From: Octopus bimaculoides | Taxonomy: Eukaryota | Direction of reading: 5' to 3' | Assembly: GCF_001194135.2 (NCBI RefSeq) | Contig: NC_068983.1 | Location: forward strand, 86,610,105-86,647,821 | Length of the DNA stretch: 37,717 nucleotides | Part shown: piece after piece, positions 22,511 through 34,417 of the stretch | Numbering within the stretch: position 1 is the first letter of the stretch | How the letters are laid out: each line of letters starts with the position of its first letter | The notes under the pieces: generated by a model | What the model was told of the DNA's origin: nothing | Databases searched by the model: none | What the model saw: the letters and a program-made list of their open reading frames with translations, nothing else | Position numbers and translations under genes: made by a program

Positions 22511-22830
22511 GGAGGTATGTTTGTGTGTGTGATTAAGAAGGAGTGCTTCACAACTACATAGGTCTGGGTTCATCGTCGGAATTGTTAAAGTGTCGGGAAA
22601 ATGCCTTGCAGTATATCCTTTAGCCCTTTACAGTCTGAGTTCAAATCCTGTTTAAGTCAACATGCTTTTCATCCCTCCGGGGGTCGATAAAATACAGTAC
22701 TAGTGAAGGACAACTTGGCCTTTTCTCCCCGCGGGATCAATAAAAATGAAGGACCAACCAAATACTGGAGACGAAGGTATCGACTAATTTTCACCCTTTA
22801 AAATTGCTGCTCTTGTCCAATGATTATTAT
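22511..22830 (+). mobile_element. Old degenerate SINE cluster (B-like head fragment, then family A copy with an internal duplication)
   Basis: GATTAAGAAGGAGTGCTTCACAACTACATAGGTCTGGGTTCA resembles the B head. CTGAGTTCAAATCC...TTTCATCCCTCCGGGGTCGATAAAA is repeated as TTTTCTCCCCGCGGGATCAATAAAA. Ends TGATTATTATT. Confidence 0.65.
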
Positions 22831-23187
22831 TGCTGTTGTTTCATGCTAATTTAACTACCAGGGCTGTTATCTTGAGATTTGATCGCAACAAGCCTCTTAA
22901 AGTGCACCAATTATCACAGAAATAATTGTTGTCTTAATCTTTCACACTCTTTTCATCGCTTTGGCTAGGTTCTGATATTTCTGATATTGTTTTTTTTTTC
23001 TTTGTTTTTGTTTTTTTCAATTTCTTTGGTATCCACTCTGTCATGATTTGGAATTACAAAATCTATAACCTACACTGTTTCTTTTTGTTATCCACAATCA
23101 TATCTGGTTTCTTTGATTCAATAGTATGGTCAGTCTTTGTGGTTTAAGTCCCGCAAAATCTTGTAATTTTATTCTCTATCTCCGCCC

Positions 23188-23250
23188 CTGGTCCGTGTTC
23201 AATCGACTCATTCCCTCCTCCGAACTTACTGGCCTTGTGCCAAAATTATC
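23188..23250 (+). mobile_element. SINE family A 3' fragment
   Basis: AATCGACTCATTCCCTCCTCCGAACTTACTGGCCTTGTGCCAAAATTATC followed by an ATT/GTT tail. Confidence 0.7.
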
Positions 23251-23261
23251 ATTGTTTTTAT

Positions 23262-24649
23262 TGTTGTTGTTATTTGATGAAAACACTCAGCTTACTTTTC
23301 TGAGTATGACGGAAAAAGTCAGCTGTCCACAGCCAGCAGACTAAGGTGACACTTGTTTACTAGTCATGCTTCAAGAACCCTGCAAAGAATTCTTGCAGTT
23401 TCATGCAATGTTGATTTTTGTAGGTGTTCTACCTTCACACTTGCACCAATCTTTTTGAGCCATGTTGGTAGTTGAGTGCTGAAACTTCCAAGTGTACCCT
23501 CATTGACCACATTGTTGCAAAGTGTCCAATGGACAATCCTTGCTATATTGTCATGGCGTCCCTTATATTCCTTCTGGGCTAGTGGCATACATTGACTGGT
23601 AATATGCCATACGGTTTCACCATTTTGTCCACAGATTCTGCACCTATCACCTTCTGATGTGTTGTCTATTCTGTATTTTATGTGGTTTGTTCTTAGTGCT
23701 TGCTCTTAGGCAGCACAGATTAGAGCCTCCGTTTCCGGCTTTAAATCACTTTTAGTCATCTACAGCCATCTTTTTTCTCTCCCTAAGAAATTGTCCATGC
23801 ATTCTTTTCTTTTTCAGTTTCATTCGTTTTCAATTGCTTGTACAGTGCTTTATCTTTCCAATCTTTCATCCTACACAAGCCTGACCTGGATCATTCTGTG
23901 GCATTTTTTAGATACCATGCTATGTTGTTTTCTTCTGCTCTAATGCAGTGTTCGCATCCAATCAGTCCTCTTCCTCCTCATTTTTTTTTTTTTTTGGTAC
24001 ATACAGTCTGCGTCACTTTTTGGGTGGAGTATCCCATATCTAGTTAGTAACTTCCTTGCCTTTCTGTCTAAGCTGTTCAGTTCGTCTTCTGTCCATGCGA
24101 TTACCTCTGCTCCATATCTAAGGAGTGAAACCGCCCAGGTGCTGATAGCCTCAGTCTTATTCTGTCCGTTTAATTTCGACTTAAGAATCATTCCCAGTCT
24201 GCGCAAGTACTCCATCTTAATTTTTTCTGTCATTTCTTTCTCCAATTTATCCATTTCCAAAATCTCCAAGTACTTATAGCCCATCTCTTCTATCTGTTTC
24301 ATAACCCCTCCCCTCGACGGTATCGCTAGCTCTTCCATACATTTGATTTTGCCTCACACCACACGCACTTTGCCTCACACTACAGTTTTTCAGTCCGGAC
24401 TCCATTCTGATATCAGCACTGATAGTATACACCGTATCAACGAGGGAACTGACTTGGGATTCATCTTTACCACAAAGTTTGAGATTATCCATGAATAATA
24501 AATGACTGACTTTTTGTTGGCAGCTTTTGAATACATACTCAGCCTTTGCTTTCCTCCTGATTTCTATTGTCTCTAAACTTCTTCCATATGCTGTCAGTTA
24601 CGTCCTCCACTTCGCAATCCTTTCATTAGCAAACGTTCAACTTTCGATA

Positions 24650-24651
<2 letters not shown>
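23262..24651 (-). mobile_element. 5'-truncated, doubly deleted Dong/R4-like non-LTR retrotransposon
   Basis: Minus strand gives WRT*LTAYGRSLETIEIRR, KAEYVFKSCQQKVSHLLFMDNLKL (YxDD position), YKYLEI...EYLRRLGMILKSKLNGQNKTEAISTWAVSLLRY...LDRKARKLLT...HPKSDAD, LKPETEALICAA*EQALRT, CRICx8Hx4C..LAQKEYKGRHD and LQKSTLHETARILCRVLEA* (stop 23364). Then a 3' UTR hairpin and an AAC/AAT tail. Confidence 0.95.
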
Positions 24652-24709
<58 letters not shown>

Positions 24710-24733
24710 TTCTATTATTATTATTATTATCAT
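24652..24733. repeat. (TTA)n array at the 5' junction of the Dong-like element
   Basis: Seen directly. Confidence 0.97.
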
Positions 24734-24736
24734 TAA

Positions 24737-24952
24737 GGCGGCTAGCTGACAGAATCGTTAGCACGCGGGACAAAGAGCTTAGCGACATTTCACCCGTATT
24801 TACGTTTTATATTCAAATTCTGCCGAGGTCGACTTTGACTTTCATCGTTTCGGGTTCGATAAAATAACTACCAGTTGAGTACTGAGGTGGATGGTATAGA
24901 AATTACCTCTCCCACCTTAAATTTAGTCCTTGTGCATATAATAGAAAGTATT
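24737..24952 (+). mobile_element. SINE family A
   Basis: GGCGGCTAGCTGACAGAATCGTTAGC...TTCAAATTCTGCCGAGGTCGAC...CTTGTGCATATAATAGAAAGTATT. Confidence 0.87.
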
Positions 24953-24958
24953 TTCATT

Positions 24959-25165
24959 GGGGTGACAGAATCATTACCCCGCCGGAAAAATTAGCGGCAT
25001 TTCGTCCGTCTTTACGATTTGAGATCAAATTCCGCCGAGATCGACCTTGCTTTTCATTCCTTTCGTGGTCGATGAAATAAGTACCAGTTGAATACTGGGG
25101 TCGAAGTAATTGACAAGTTCCCTATCCCAAAATTTCAGCCCTTGTGCTAAAATTTGAAATCATCA
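24959..25165 (+). mobile_element. SINE family A, tandem second copy
   Basis: GGTGACAGAATCATTAC...GAGATCAAATTCCGCCGAG...CTTGTGCTAAAATTTGAAATC, then an (ATT)n tail. Confidence 0.86.
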
Positions 25166-25167
25166 AT

Positions 25168-25188
25168 ATTATTATTATTATTATTATT

Positions 25189-25245
<57 letters not shown>

Positions 25246-25259
25246 ATCATTATTATTAT
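25168..25259. repeat. (ATT)n to (GTT)n compound array
   Basis: Seen directly. Confidence 0.96.
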
Positions 25260-25356
25260 CTAAGACGTAGCACAGTATCCAATATCGTGATGTTGAAGAC
25301 CAATATACCCATCATGACTACCCGTCTGATAAGGGTACATCAGGTACATGCATAAC

Positions 25357-27864
25357 AAGGGTTGCCAATTTAGCATATTTTGTGCTAGATCTAGCATTTT
25401 GCTTTTGTTTTTTTTTCAGCATTTAGCAGAAATTTTTTTAATTTAGCTTTTAACAGGGAAAATAGCAGGTTAAAAATTTCATTTACCATTTTTCTCTGAT
25501 CATGGCATTTCCACAATCGTTACCTTTTTTCTTCATTTTCCTCCTTTTCTATTTTCGTTAATGTATCTTATAGCCAAATTTTAGTGCAATTAACTATTGA
25601 ATTTTTCTTTCACTTTCTTGAAACTGCAAATGAAAGTTTATCAAAAGGAAGTTTATCAAGTTGTGAACTTTTCCAGCTGCCCCACCACCGACTTGGATAC
25701 AGAGTGGTGCTGGTGGGAGGAGGGAGAGAAGATAACTCATGCCAGCATCTGAACTCACTACACAATAATGCAAATATGTTACAAAGAATGAAAGCATGGA
25801 AATTCGTCCTCACAATGCTTTATTCTGTAGTGATGAGTTTTTTATCATGATAGGTTGATTGATTTACTTTCAGTTTGACTGTTTTAAAACAGGCCTGTGT
25901 TTTTTCATGCTTGTTTTGGATTATATATTTTGTATAGAAGTACGGGGGTGGTGGGGTCTCCCCCTTTATATTTCTACTTTTTTTTCAAGTATTATAGTTA
26001 TATTTGTGGTTTTACCAATAGATATTAATTGTAAGATTGGAAGCGAAATATCATGTTCTCAGGTTTATATCAGAACGCAGTTTTAGGATTTCTGCAGATT
26101 TTACTTTTCCATTTATAAGTTGGCCACCCTGCATCCTGAATCAGTATTCTTCACCTCAAGAATTTGTAAGCAGCAAACATAAGAATTGTTAATGATGAAT
26201 GAAAGAATTGTTAGCAGCAAACTGATAAGTTGTGTTTTCAATTTTATATTTTTATTAATCATTCGATTTATTTTCTTGCTTCCCACTACATTATAATGAG
26301 CAAAGAAAAGACAAAGTTGCACCCGCAAAATTTCCGAAAAGAATGGCTTAAGATGCCAACGTTCACTAAGTGGTTGTGTGAAGTACCTAGTGACCAATCT
26401 AAAGCACATTGCAAATATTTTAGATGTAATATATTGGCAAAATATTCTCTTTAAATAAGCCGCTGTGAAGCAAAGAAACATAAGGCATCAACTCCACAGC
26501 AAATGATTCCGCTTACCAATTTTATTAAAACCAAAGATTATAAGACATCTATGCTTGAAGCAAATTTAGCAATGTTTATTTGTTGCCACTCATCATTTAA
26601 TAGCTGTGTTCACTTAATAGAGTTATGTAAGAATTATATGTCTGATAGTAATATTATATCCAAAGTGAAATTGCATCGTACAAATATTGTGAGAAATCCA
26701 CATATTTGATTTCTGATATAGGAGATAGAAAATTTAGCCTGTTATTAGATGAATCCAATGATATATCGATAAACAAATTATTAGGAACTGTTATCATATA
26801 TTATAGTGACATTCACAAAAAAGTGGTACATACATATCTCAGTATGGTATCTTTAGAAACATGTAATGCAGATAGCATTGTAGATGCCTTAAAAATTGAA
26901 TTAGTGAAAAAGAAATTAGATATAAAACATTTAGTGGATATAGGAACCGACAATGCTAGAGTAATGATAGGAGTCAACAATGGTGTTTTCCAGAAATTAA
27001 AACAAGTTCCATCATTATTTCTATTTAGATGTGTATGTCATTCTTTACAGTTGGCAGTATCCCACACTTGTGCTGAATGCTTGCCAATAAATTTAGAATT
27101 TTTAGCATCCGAAACCTATAAATGGTCCTTTCATTCTTCAACAAGACAAAATGCTTACAAACAACTTTAACTTGCTATCAATGATAAAGAGCCTTTGAAG
27201 ATCGTGAATTCTTGTACAACTAGGTGGCTGTCAATAGAACCAGCGGTAAGTAGAATTTTAAGCCAATGGTTTGAATTGCAACTCACTTCCGAACTAGAAC
27301 TACAAAAAGAAAAATGCTTTACGGCACAAACGTTACATGAAATATTATGTGATTCTAGAAATGAACTTTACTTCTTATTTTTGCATCCAATTTTAAAACA
27401 TGTTCAAGAAGTGAATAAACAAAATTACTTGAAGATCTTTGAAATTTGATCAAATCTGTTGCTAATATGATAGTGTTATCAACATGTAGAATTGATCCTC
27501 TTGATCCGGATGCTTCTACTGAAAAATTTCTGGATCCTAGACCAAATTTAGGCTACAGGTTCGAGAGATAGATAGCAGAAATGATTATCAAGAAGATTGT
27601 AACAGCCACCGAAGAAAACAATATTCGCAAGTCAAGACCTAGGCAGTGCAGCTGAAAGTGATCAAATCAGTGAAATTCAAGAAATTATTTCTCAATGCTG
27701 AATATAATTAAAGAAAGTAAATAAAAATGTAAATAAAAATTAAGCTTTTTGATATAATTAGTCTTTAATATTTTTTTGTCATATTTAGCATTTTTTAGCA
27801 TTTTTTTTCGTATTTTTTCTACTGAAATTTAGCATAAAATTCTGATTTTAAGTTGATAACACTA
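25357..27864 (+). mobile_element. hAT-superfamily DNA transposon, internally deleted (~2.5 kb)
   Basis: Imperfect TIRs AGGGTTGCCAATTTA (25358) and AGTGTTATCAACTTA (reverse complement ending 27863), 11/15 identical. TAGCA subterminal repeats and a transposase remnant lie inside. The TSD is not cleanly recoverable. Confidence 0.85.
26296..27701 (+). pseudogene. hAT-like transposase pseudogene
   Basis: BED-like N-terminus (QNFRKEWL..P.F.KWL..V..D.SKAHCKY), FSLLLDESNDIS (D1), IGTDNARVMIG (D2), RCVCHSLQLAV (CxxH), CTTRWLSI and PNLGYRFE. Stops and frameshifts present; the C-terminal catalytic E and dimerisation region are not found. Confidence 0.92.
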
Positions 27865-28091
27865 ATTACAGCTATATGTGCGCGACATGGTGATTTGATA
27901 TCAAGATAAACAACGCATGAACTTGCAGGTGGGGCCCAGTGAGAACTTTCTTCAGGCCCAGTAGCCCATCCTGCTCAAAAGGTTTCTGAATAAGGGTTGC
28001 TTAAGGATGATGAACGATAAACCCTTGTTTCCAGAGGCGAATTATTCGATTCCCGAAGAGTTCTTCTCAACACATGGCTATGATGTTTTTC

Positions 28092-28092
<1 letters not shown>
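27865..28092. repeat. Unclassified interspersed repeat, probably continuous with 25262-25356 before the hAT inserted
   Basis: I recognise the two flanks (...AAGGGTACATCAGGTACATGCATAACA and ATTACAGCTATATGTGCGCGACATGGTG...GCAGGTGGGGCCCAG) as consecutive parts of a common octopus repeat. This cannot be verified within the window. Confidence 0.45.
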
Positions 28093-28146
<54 letters not shown>

Positions 28147-28190
28147 GTTGTTGTTGTTGTTGTTGTTGTTGTCGTCGTCGTCGTCGTCGT
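28093..28190. repeat. (ATT)n to (GTT)n to (GTC)n compound array
   Basis: Seen directly. Confidence 0.96.
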
Positions 28191-29405
28191 NNNNNNNNNN
28201 NNNNNNNNNNNNNNNNNNNNNNNNNNNNNNNNNNNNNNNNNNNNNNNNNNNNNNNNNNNNNNNNNNNNNNNNNNNNNNNNNNNNNNNNNNNNNNNNNNNN
28301 NNNNNNNNNNNNNNNNNNNNNNNNNNNNNNNNNNNNNNNNNNNNNNNNNNNNNNNNNNNNNNNNNNNNNNNNNNNNNNNNNNNNNNNNNNNNNNNNNNNN
28401 NNNNNNNNNNNNNNNNNNNNNNNNNNNNNNNNNNNNNNNNNNNNNNNNNNNNNNNNNNNNNNNNNNNNNNNNNNNNNNNNNNNNNNNNNNNNNNNNNNNN
28501 NNNNNNNNNNNNNNNNNNNNNNNNNNNNNNNNNNNNNNNNNNNNNNNNNNNNNNNNNNNNNNNNNNNNNNNNNNNNNNNNNNNNNNNNNNNNNNNNNNNN
28601 NNNNNNNNNNNNNNNNNNNNNNNNNNNNNNNNNNNNNNNNNNNNNNNNNNNNNNNNNNNNNNNNNNNNNNNNNNNNNNNNNNNNNNNNNNNNNNNNNNNN
28701 NNNNNNNNNNNNNNNNNNNNNNNNNNNNNNNNNNNNNNNNNNNNNNNNNNNNNNNNNNNNNNNNNNNNNNNNNNNNNNNNNNNNNNNNNNNNNNNNNNNN
28801 NNNNNNNNNNNNNNNNNNNNNNNNNNNNNNNNNNNNNNNNNNNNNNNNNNNNNNNNNNNNNNNNNNNNNNNNNNNNNNNNNNNNNNNNNNNNNNNNNNNN
28901 NNNNNNNNNNNNNNNNNNNNNNNNNNNNNNNNNNNNNNNNNNNNNNNNNNNNNNNNNNNNNNNNNNNNNNNNNNNNNNNNNNNNNNNNNNNNNNNNNNNN
29001 NNNNNNNNNNNNNNNNNNNNNNNNNNNNNNNNNNNNNNNNNNNNNNNNNNNNNNNNNNNNNNNNNNNNNNNNNNNNNNNNNNNNNNNNNNNNNNNNNNNN
29101 NNNNNNNNNNNNNNNNNNNNNNNNNNNNNNNNNNNNNNNNNNNNNNNTGTGTGTGTGTGTGTGTGTGTGTACGTATTGATGTATGCGGGCATGCGTGCAT
29201 ACGTATGTGTGTAATGTATGTTCATATGCGAGCGTGTGCCTGTGAGTGCATGCGTGAATGCTTGTGTGTGAATGTGTGTCCGTATGTTCGTATGTCTATG
29301 TCCACATGTTCCTCTATGTCTTCCGTTCCCCTTGTAATAGACCTGCTGCAAGCCATTCAGTCAGTCAATCAGTCATTCATTCATTTTCATTTCACTCGTT
29401 CTCAG

Positions 29406-29487
29406 TTGAAACAGAAGACACGTGTTACAGAGGCGGTGGGTCGTCGGATACTAAACCGAGCGTGGACTTAACAGAGGTGGAAGGGAA
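29406..29487 (+). CDS. Candidate internal coding exon of an unidentified host gene
   Basis: Acceptor TTCATTTTCATTTCACTCGTTCTCAG and donor GGGAA|GTAAGC bound 82 nt. The phase 1-to-2 frame is open (ETEDTCYRGGGSSDTKPSVDLTEVEG) and locally GC/CpG rich. No homology recognised. Confidence 0.3.
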
Positions 29488-29884
29488 GTAAGCGATTTCG
29501 TTAAACAGGCATTTTCAAGGAGCAGCGACGTCAGATGTCGAAACAAAAGGCAGTTGAGATTGAATCCGCATTAAATATTTGGCAGAGATTCACCAAGTCA
29601 CTCGCGTCCTACTCACTCCGATACTTCACTAGTAACCTTTGACTTAACGTTTTCATACAGCGAATGTATAGGGAAGTGTTTTTTTTTTTTTTTTGGTTTA
29701 ATTCGGTACCGGCTTTCTTTTATTTATTTATTTATTTATTTACTTATTTTTTGATGGTGGTATAGTATTAGATTGGAAGCCTGTGTTTTCTCCTTGTTAA
29801 CATAAAAACGGTGCCACATAGAAATTCATTTATACAAACATACAAAGGTGGTGTGGTGATGATGTGTCAGAAAGTACAGGATAC

Positions 29885-29990
29885 TGAACTAAGTGAATTG
29901 TAGTCTTTAGTTATATTCCTTAGTGATCATGGTTCAAATCGCCGTGGACTCGTCTTTCTTTTTCAGCCCTCAAGTGGCTATAAAAACAAA
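29885..29990 (+). mobile_element. Highly degenerate SINE (family A-like)
   Basis: GGTTCAAATCGCCGTGGAC...TTTTCAGCCCTCAAGTGGCTATAAAA parallels the B-box and the segment after it. Confidence 0.4.
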
Positions 29991-30993
29991 TAACAGTTAT
30001 AGTCTTTGTTGTTGTTATCGTTGTTGGTGGTACTGTTTAGCCCAAGGTCGTTTCTAACGGAATAGATCTATCAATTACAACATCCTGCGATTCTTCCCAC
30101 CTACTACAAAAACGCTACAATAAAAACTCCGCTTTCGTTCATTTCATTCTGAAGATGGGATCCAAATAGTCTTGAGGTGTTAATAGGCATAAAAATACAT
30201 TATCGTTCCAAACTAAAATTTAATAAAAACTTAATCATTAGGATATATATATATATGAAAAATAATTAATAAAGTGAACAACCTCAAACACAAAAACTTC
30301 AATGGAACCTTTTTAAACAAAAACTGTTCCCTATCTACACAAATATATACATACACATAACAAACACACACACACACATATTTGGTTATTTTATGCTATA
30401 TAAAACATACACGCATTTCGGAAAATTAACTGGCAGGATCACACAGGATTCCTCTCGTCGCTATGATTAGGAGAACGCTCATCCCTCCACTGGATACTTA
30501 AGAAGTCTTTCACTTAGTTTAGTACAGCAGTCATAGTTATAACGCTGTCCAGAGTCTATCTTATAGGTTATTTAGGAATTACGCAATCTCTGATGATTTG
30601 ATAACTTACCTACAAAATTCTTATATTACAGATATTGTTTTTAATGATATATGCATAAGATGGCGTAACTAAATACATTATGAATAAAATCTACTGTTTT
30701 GATTTTTTTTTCCTACATGTATTTTTTGGTGTTTCAATCTATAGAAACTAATAAATGGAAACTCGGACTTCGATACAAGCTCTTACAGTTTTTTTTTTTT
30801 AATTTTGATATATAAGAATGCTCATGGATTTCTAAATACTGGTTATCTTTCTCAGGCCTTAAGTCTCATAAAACTGGTTATTCAATTTCCATGGCGTATA
30901 AGTGATCGAGATCATAACATTCCCATTGAACGCGACGCCGGTCTGTTGCAGAGTTCAGCGCCGTGTGATATAGGTTTATAGAAGATGGCATCT

Positions 30994-31131
30994 TGATTGG
31001 CTTGTCGATGCATCAGACTGAATGCCTGTCGGCATCTGAGTTCAAATCTCGCCAGTCACCTTTTCTTACATCTTTTCGGGGCGGATAAGAAAAGTTCCAA
31101 TCCAGTAGTACGGTCGATTCCTTCCCCCCCC
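30994..31131 (+). mobile_element. Degenerate SINE family A
   Basis: CTGAGTTCAAATCTCGCC...ACATCTTTTCGGGGCGGATAAG...GGTCGATT then a C-run at a gap. Confidence 0.55.
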
Positions 31132-31363
31132 NNNNNNNNNNNNNNNNNNNNNNNNNNNNNNNNNNNNNNNNNNNNNNNNNNNNNNNNNNNNNNNNNNNNN
31201 NNNNNNNNNNNNNNNNNNNNNNNNNNNNNNNNNNNNNNNNNNNNNNNNNNNNNNNNNNNNNNNNNNNNNNNNNNNNNNNNNNNNNNNNNNNNNNNNNNNN
31301 NNNNNNNNNNNNNNNNNNNNNNNNNNNNNNNNNNNNNNNNNNNNNNNNNNNNNNNNNNNNNNN

Positions 31364-31403
<40 letters not shown>

Positions 31404-33369
31404 ACCTCACTCTCCCTCTCTGAGAGAAGTCGCTCGTGTTCAGACCTGGAAGGGATATGTATCGCCAAGCTTAAAATGCACACAGATAATGAGACTTAAG
31501 GTTGTTTCTGACGGCTTAATGTTGTTTTTAAAGTAAAAAACAAAAACGTTTCTTACTTTAAATATCTCGGATGTTCACCACATTGTAACTCTCTATAGAA
31601 CAACTGCTTATGAGAATCTCAACGTTGAATGTGTTAGGTTGCTGAAGTCTAGTGTCAGAAACTGCTATTTGATATTTAAGACCGTCTTAAGGTGAGCTTG
31701 ACAGAATCTTTCCAAGGTCTTGAAGTGACAACAAAATATATTCCAATCCTCAGAAGAGTATAAGAGGGAATATACACTTAAAACCAGTATTATGGAGTCA
31801 CGTTTTACTAAATTTCGTTGAGCACTGACCAAAGAAATTATATCTGTACAGATAAAAATAGCCATCTCGAGAAATCAAGTGCTGCTGATTGATGACGATA
31901 ATCAGTTCTATAATAGAAAATCCATTTAGGTCTGTTGCGTCTAGTTCAGCTCTCTGTCTCTTTTGCATTATTAACTTAGTATTTACTATATGGATTGATA
32001 TCAGTCTAATAGATTTCGATGTCAGTCAATTAACATATAAATAGATTTTAGATGTGAGATTTGGACCATACGAATGTGTATTTAGATCGTTCATAATTTC
32101 GGAACATATTCAGATATTCTTGCAAGTTATAACGACTACATCTTTTTTTTTTCCTCGACTAAGCACAAATTTCTATTTCTTGTAAGAGAATTCAATATGG
32201 TCGGTTAATTTACTTTAGCGATATTTATTACCAAGTGTGCGCCTGTACTGCGGGATACGTAGGCGTACAGCGAGACAAGAACGCGTCTTTGTTTCTGTTG
32301 AGACTTCTTTTTTCGTTATAGCTTTTAATGGATTCACCAGGCTCTCTGAGAATAATGAGGACTGAAACCGATGCGGCTGACTTTCTTGAACAATTGTAGG
32401 AAGGTGATTTGTAGGAAACAATGATGGGGAAGGAATTCATGAGGACAGACATTCTGNNNNNNNNNNNNNNNNNNNNNNNNNNNNNNNNNNNNNNNNNNNN
32501 NNNNNNNNNNNNNNNNNNNNNNNNNNNNNNNNNNNNNNNNNNNNNNNNNNNNNNNNNNNNNNNNNNNNNNNNNNNNNNNNNNNNNNNNNNNNNNNNNNNN
32601 NNNNNNNNNNNNNNNNNNNNNNNNNNNNNNNNNNNNNNNNNNNNNNNNNNNNNNNNNNNNNNNNNNNNNNNNNNNNNNNNNNNNNNNNNNNNNNNNNNNN
32701 NNNNNNNNNNNNNNNNNNNNNNNNNNNNNNNNNNNNNNNNNNNNNNNNNNNNNNNNNNNNNNNNNNNNNNNNNNNNNNNNNNNNNNNNNNNNNNNNNNNN
32801 NNNNNNNNNNNNNNNNNNNNNNNNNNNNNNNNNNNNNNNNNNNNNNNNNNNNNNNNNNNNNNNNNNNNNNNNNNNNNNNNNNNNNNNNNNNNNNNNGGTG
32901 GTGGTGGTGGTGGTGGTGAGGGCATGAAACCAGAGCCCACTTTATAAGGTATCGAAAAGGAAAAATGAGGAGACGACATATGCGTGGATTAAAATTTTGA
33001 CCGTGTTGGTCAACAGCTTCATACCAACGATAGTCAGCTGGCCTTCTTTTATATTTGGTCAATGATGCCCAGTGTGTAACAGCACAAACTATATATGGGA
33101 GCAGTAGTCTGTTGTTAGAGTATCGGATGGTATGCCTTTTGGTTATCTGTTCCGATTCTTTGGTGCCGAGTTGTATTGGGTTTTCCCTTATTTTCTTGGA
33201 CAACATTACCGATGTGAACAGAGAAGACACGCTTGAACACGGAAACCGCAGGTCTTCTAATGAGGCTTCTGATTTAGGTGCGAGACAGATGGAGAGGAAA
33301 CAACTGCAACCATATACACACACACGCGCGCGTGCACACACACACACACATGCACGCACACGCACATGC

Positions 33370-33429
<60 letters not shown>

Positions 33430-34358
33430 NNNNNNNNNNNNNNNNNNNNNNNNNNNNNNNNNNNNNNNNNNNNNNNNNNNNNNNNNNNNNNNNNNNNNNN
33501 NNNNNNNNNNNNNNNNNNNNNNNNNNNNNNNNNNNNNNNNNNNNNNNNNNNNNNNNNNNNNNNNNNNNNNNNNNNNNNNNNNNNNNNNNNNNNNNNNNNN
33601 NNNNNNNNNNNNNNNNNNNNNNNNNNNNNNNNNNNNNNNNNNNNNNNNNNNNNNNNNNNNNNNNNNNNNNNNNNNNNNNNNNNNNNNNNNNNNNNNNNNN
33701 NNNNNNNNNNNNNNNNNNNNNNNNNNNNNNNNNNNNNNNNNNNNNNNNNNNNNNNNNNNNNNNNNNNNNNNNNNNNNNNNNNNNNNNNNNNNNNNNNNNN
33801 NNNNNNNNNNNNNNNNNNNNNNNNNNNNNNNNNNNNNNNNNNNNNNNNNNNNNNNNNNNNNNNNNNNNNNNNNNNNNNNNNNNNNNNNNNNNNNNNNNNN
33901 NNNNNNNNNNNNNNNNNNNNNNNNNNNNNNNNNNNNNNNNNNNNNNNNNNNNNNNNNNNNNNNNNNNNNNNNNNNNNNNNNNNNNNNNNNNNNNNNNNNN
34001 NNNNNNNNNNNNNNNNNNNNNNNNNNNNNNNNNNNNNNNNNNNNNNNNNNNNNNNNNNNNNNNNNNNNNNNNNNNNNNNNNNNNNNNNNNNNNNNNNNNN
34101 NNNNNNNNNNNNNNNNNNNNNNNNNNNNNNNNNNNNNNNNNNNNNNNNNNNNNNNNNNNNNNNNNNNNNNNNNNNNNNNNNNNNNNNNNNNNNNNNNNNN
34201 NNNNNNNNNNNNNNNNNNNNNNNNNNNNNNNNNNNNNNNNNNNNNNNNNNNNNNNNNNNNNNNNNNNNNNNNNNNNNNNNNNNNNNNNNNNNNNNNNNNN
34301 NNNNNNNNNNNNNNNNNNNNNNNNNNNNNNNNNNNNNNNNNNNNNNNNNNNNNNNNNN

Positions 34359-34417
<59 letters not shown>

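Noticed and set aside
32897-33300. Stop-free minus frame of about 130 codons with an acceptor at 33268
   Set aside because: No recognisable motif and no clear donor; one open frame of this length is plausible by chance in a window this size. Worth only a routine BLAST.
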